From: Bilabrum cf. latius
Taxonomy: Eukaryota
Assembly (NCBI GenBank): GCA_965178125.1
Contig: OZ237735.1
Coordinates: forward strand, 1,674,001 to 1,738,000
Direction of reading: 5' to 3'
DNA length: 64,000 nt
The notes beneath the pieces are model-generated. The model made no database searches. It worked only from the letters and a program-made list of their open reading frames with translations, and was not told the origin of the DNA. This document shows positions 62,005 through 64,000 of the stretch, one piece after another. The position numbers were made by a program, and so were the translations under genes. Numbering within the stretch: position 1 is the first letter of the stretch; each line of letters opens with the position of its first letter.

Positions 62005-64000
62005 TCAAGATACCGATAGTAGCCTCGGCGAATCTCGATCAATCCACTCATCGTGAGACTTCGGCCAGCCTGGGAAATGGAGACGAACTAACCCATTTTC
62101 CAGCACCGCCACAACCACGACGACGAACACCTCGCCAAGTTTCCCAAGCAGTCCGATTCGTTGCCTTTTTCTGATGGTCTACCTGGCAGATGAACTAAGA
62201 GCGCCCCCGGCACTTGCTACTACGTTTGAGTCAATCCCACTGCTGGCGTTGTGGCCGCTGCTGCCCGATGCGACAGCACCCTGCACAGCCCCAGAGTGTC
62301 CCCGGGCCAGCTGTGAGGACGAGGCACCAGAGCTGAAAGCACGTTTCCCCGCCTGACTCGGCACAGACGTAGGCGTAGCACTCTTGCTGTTCGGTTTCGA
62401 CACAGGCAGGTCCGGGTCAAGGAGGCAAGGTACGATCATCCCCTCGGCACTCAGCCGGCACTGCCCGTCCTCCAGACCGCTGCGAGCCATGTAATTTTCC
62501 TTCTCCTCGAGGTAGCCGCAAAGAGCATACTCTGGATGCCCAGGCACGGGTGGAGGCAATTCCACAGCGGGCTGCGATGCCATCAGCGCAGCTAGTGACA
62601 CTGGTTGAGAGATGGAAGCACCAGACGATGCAGCCGCTGAGCCGTAAGAAGCTGACGAGGCAGCTGAAGAGCTCGAGCTGGACGACGTCGGCTTTGAATC
62701 AGACCCAGCTCTGTTCCGCAAGGGTTTTGATAGGGACTCAGTCGCATCTGCTTTGCTCCCAACGGCGCTCAAACGTGCAGAGCTCCCCTGTGAGCCAGCC
62801 GACACGTGATCCAGCGTGCCAGGCCGTTGCCCTGCACCCACCCGAGAACGCTTGGAAGCACGGCCAGAGCCATAGTCCCCCGATCCTATCTGCTCAGTCG
62901 ATGGCGCACCGACAGTTGAATAGCTGGAATGCACCGCCTCGCTCGCCGTCGCTGCAATTCCAGCTAAACGCAAGCGCATCAGTTGTTTCTACTCAGAGTG
63001 GGTCGCCACCGATGATGTACCCACGCTACCAGGTGGTGTATTCGTTTCACGGACTTGCACGCAGTGACCTGCATTTGACAAAAGTACTGCCTTGGGCATG
63101 CCATGCGAGGGCCCTACATCAATGCTGCGTGCACTGCCTAGAGACTGTTCTGTGGCCTCAACAGCTGGATGGTGCCTGGCGAGCTAGACTTGGCTCAGCA
63201 TCATATCTCTGCTTCGCTTTGATCCTGTAAGTCTTTCACCTGCTTGCACACGAAAGAGATGCCCGCTCACTGAGCGAGACGCCTAAGAAGACGTGGGATG
63301 TCCCGTCGAAGTGCGCAGGCTCCGAAGCAGGTGTGCTGCCCTGCTGGCCACAGCAGCCAGCCCTGAAGATGGGCTGTAGATCTGCATTCGAGACTAACGC
63401 TGCGGCTGTTTGGGGCCCAGCATGTTTCTGTAAGTCGGGATGGTCCCATTGAGTGAGCCAGCCGATACCGAAGGGTCCTACTAGCTTGCCCGTCCGAGGT
63501 TGTGTCGGGCCCTCCAGTCGTTCCCTCCATGCATTTGTAGCCTCTGGTCAAAGCATAATACGCGTGCCCCTTGAGCAGAGGGCTACATCCCATTCTGGGC
63601 GCGTGTGTGAGTATCACGGGTCGTTGATGATGCGAGGCGAGTGCAAGAAGATATCGCTGCGGCGGATTCGGCTAGATCCCAAGACATGGCACTCTTGGGC
63701 GGCGTCTCTTGGAAACTGTCAGTCGAATGGCCCGATGCCTTGCTGCTCGCTTGGCTTCTGTCGTCGCCAGCCGATCCGTGTGCAGCCAGCCGCAGCCGCC
63801 TTTTCCGTTCGAACAGCACCATGGCCCGCTCCAGGGCAGGCACGTCAATGCGCACATTGTCGGGGCGGCAGTTGCAAGCAGTCTTCAGTGCTGCTCGACC
63901 CCACGGGAGCCAGTCCCACGTGGCAAAATTCACCGCTTCTGCCACGTTCACTCCGGTATTGAACCCGGAATGGAACGCAGCTGGGTGCGTTATGACATAC
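62005..64000 (-). CDS. KDM4/JMJD2-like JmjC histone demethylase, 3' part (5' end outside window), with C-terminal Tudor-knot/chromo-barrel-like domain (8 in-frame TAG)
   Basis: [30 protein letters not shown]...[11 protein letters not shown] matches the end of a KDM4-type JmjC domain. The frame continues across TAGs to [23 protein letters not shown] and TGA at 62005-62007. Confidence 0.8.

Noticed and set aside
219-64000. Mass pseudogenisation, RIP-like C-to-T mutation or sequencing error as the source of internal stops
   Set aside because: These would also create TAA (from CAA), TGA (from CGA) and frameshifts. Only TAG occurs, including in essential genes.
219-64000. TAG as pyrrolysine, A-to-I edited Trp, or leaky programmed read-through
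   Set aside because: TAGs are numerous, sit in polar linkers and tandem pairs, are not at Trp-like or catalytic sites, and share no obvious downstream context. About 54 leaky events in one gene would yield essentially no full-length protein. No pyl genes were seen.
1-64000. Prokaryotic or viral systems (CRISPR, operons, endogenous virophage)
   Set aside because: No repeat-spacer array, no low-GC viral island and no viral hallmark genes. Spliceosomal introns and eukaryote-specific genes are present.

Overview
GC-rich, gene-dense eukaryotic DNA with short GT-AG introns. The protein style (Ala/Gly/Ser-rich insertions) suggests a heterotrophic protist, perhaps a bicosoecid-like stramenopile, but that placement is inference only. 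The main signal is a variant nuclear genetic code. The fragmented ORFs in the track join into 16 intact genes if TAG is read as an amino acid, most likely Gln. I counted about 124 in-frame TAGs by hand in 14 of the 16 genes, with no internal TAA or TGA and no frameshifts. The genes end in TGA (14) or TAA (2), never TAG, so UAG appears reassigned while UAA remains a stop. Under this code the window holds an intronless 23.4-kb gene for a ~7,808-aa fibrocystin-L/PKHD1L1-like protein, PWP1, TRM5, a fatty acid hydroxylase/sterol desaturase-family gene, a GT13-like glycosyltransferase, an SV2-like MFS transporter, an arylsulfatase, DHCR7, the 3' part of a KDM4-like JmjC gene with a C-terminal Tudor-knot-like domain, and several hypothetical genes. 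There is also a 345-bp MITE-like element with 26-bp terminal inverted repeats. No tRNA gene (including a tRNA-CUA), rRNA gene or CRISPR array was recognised.
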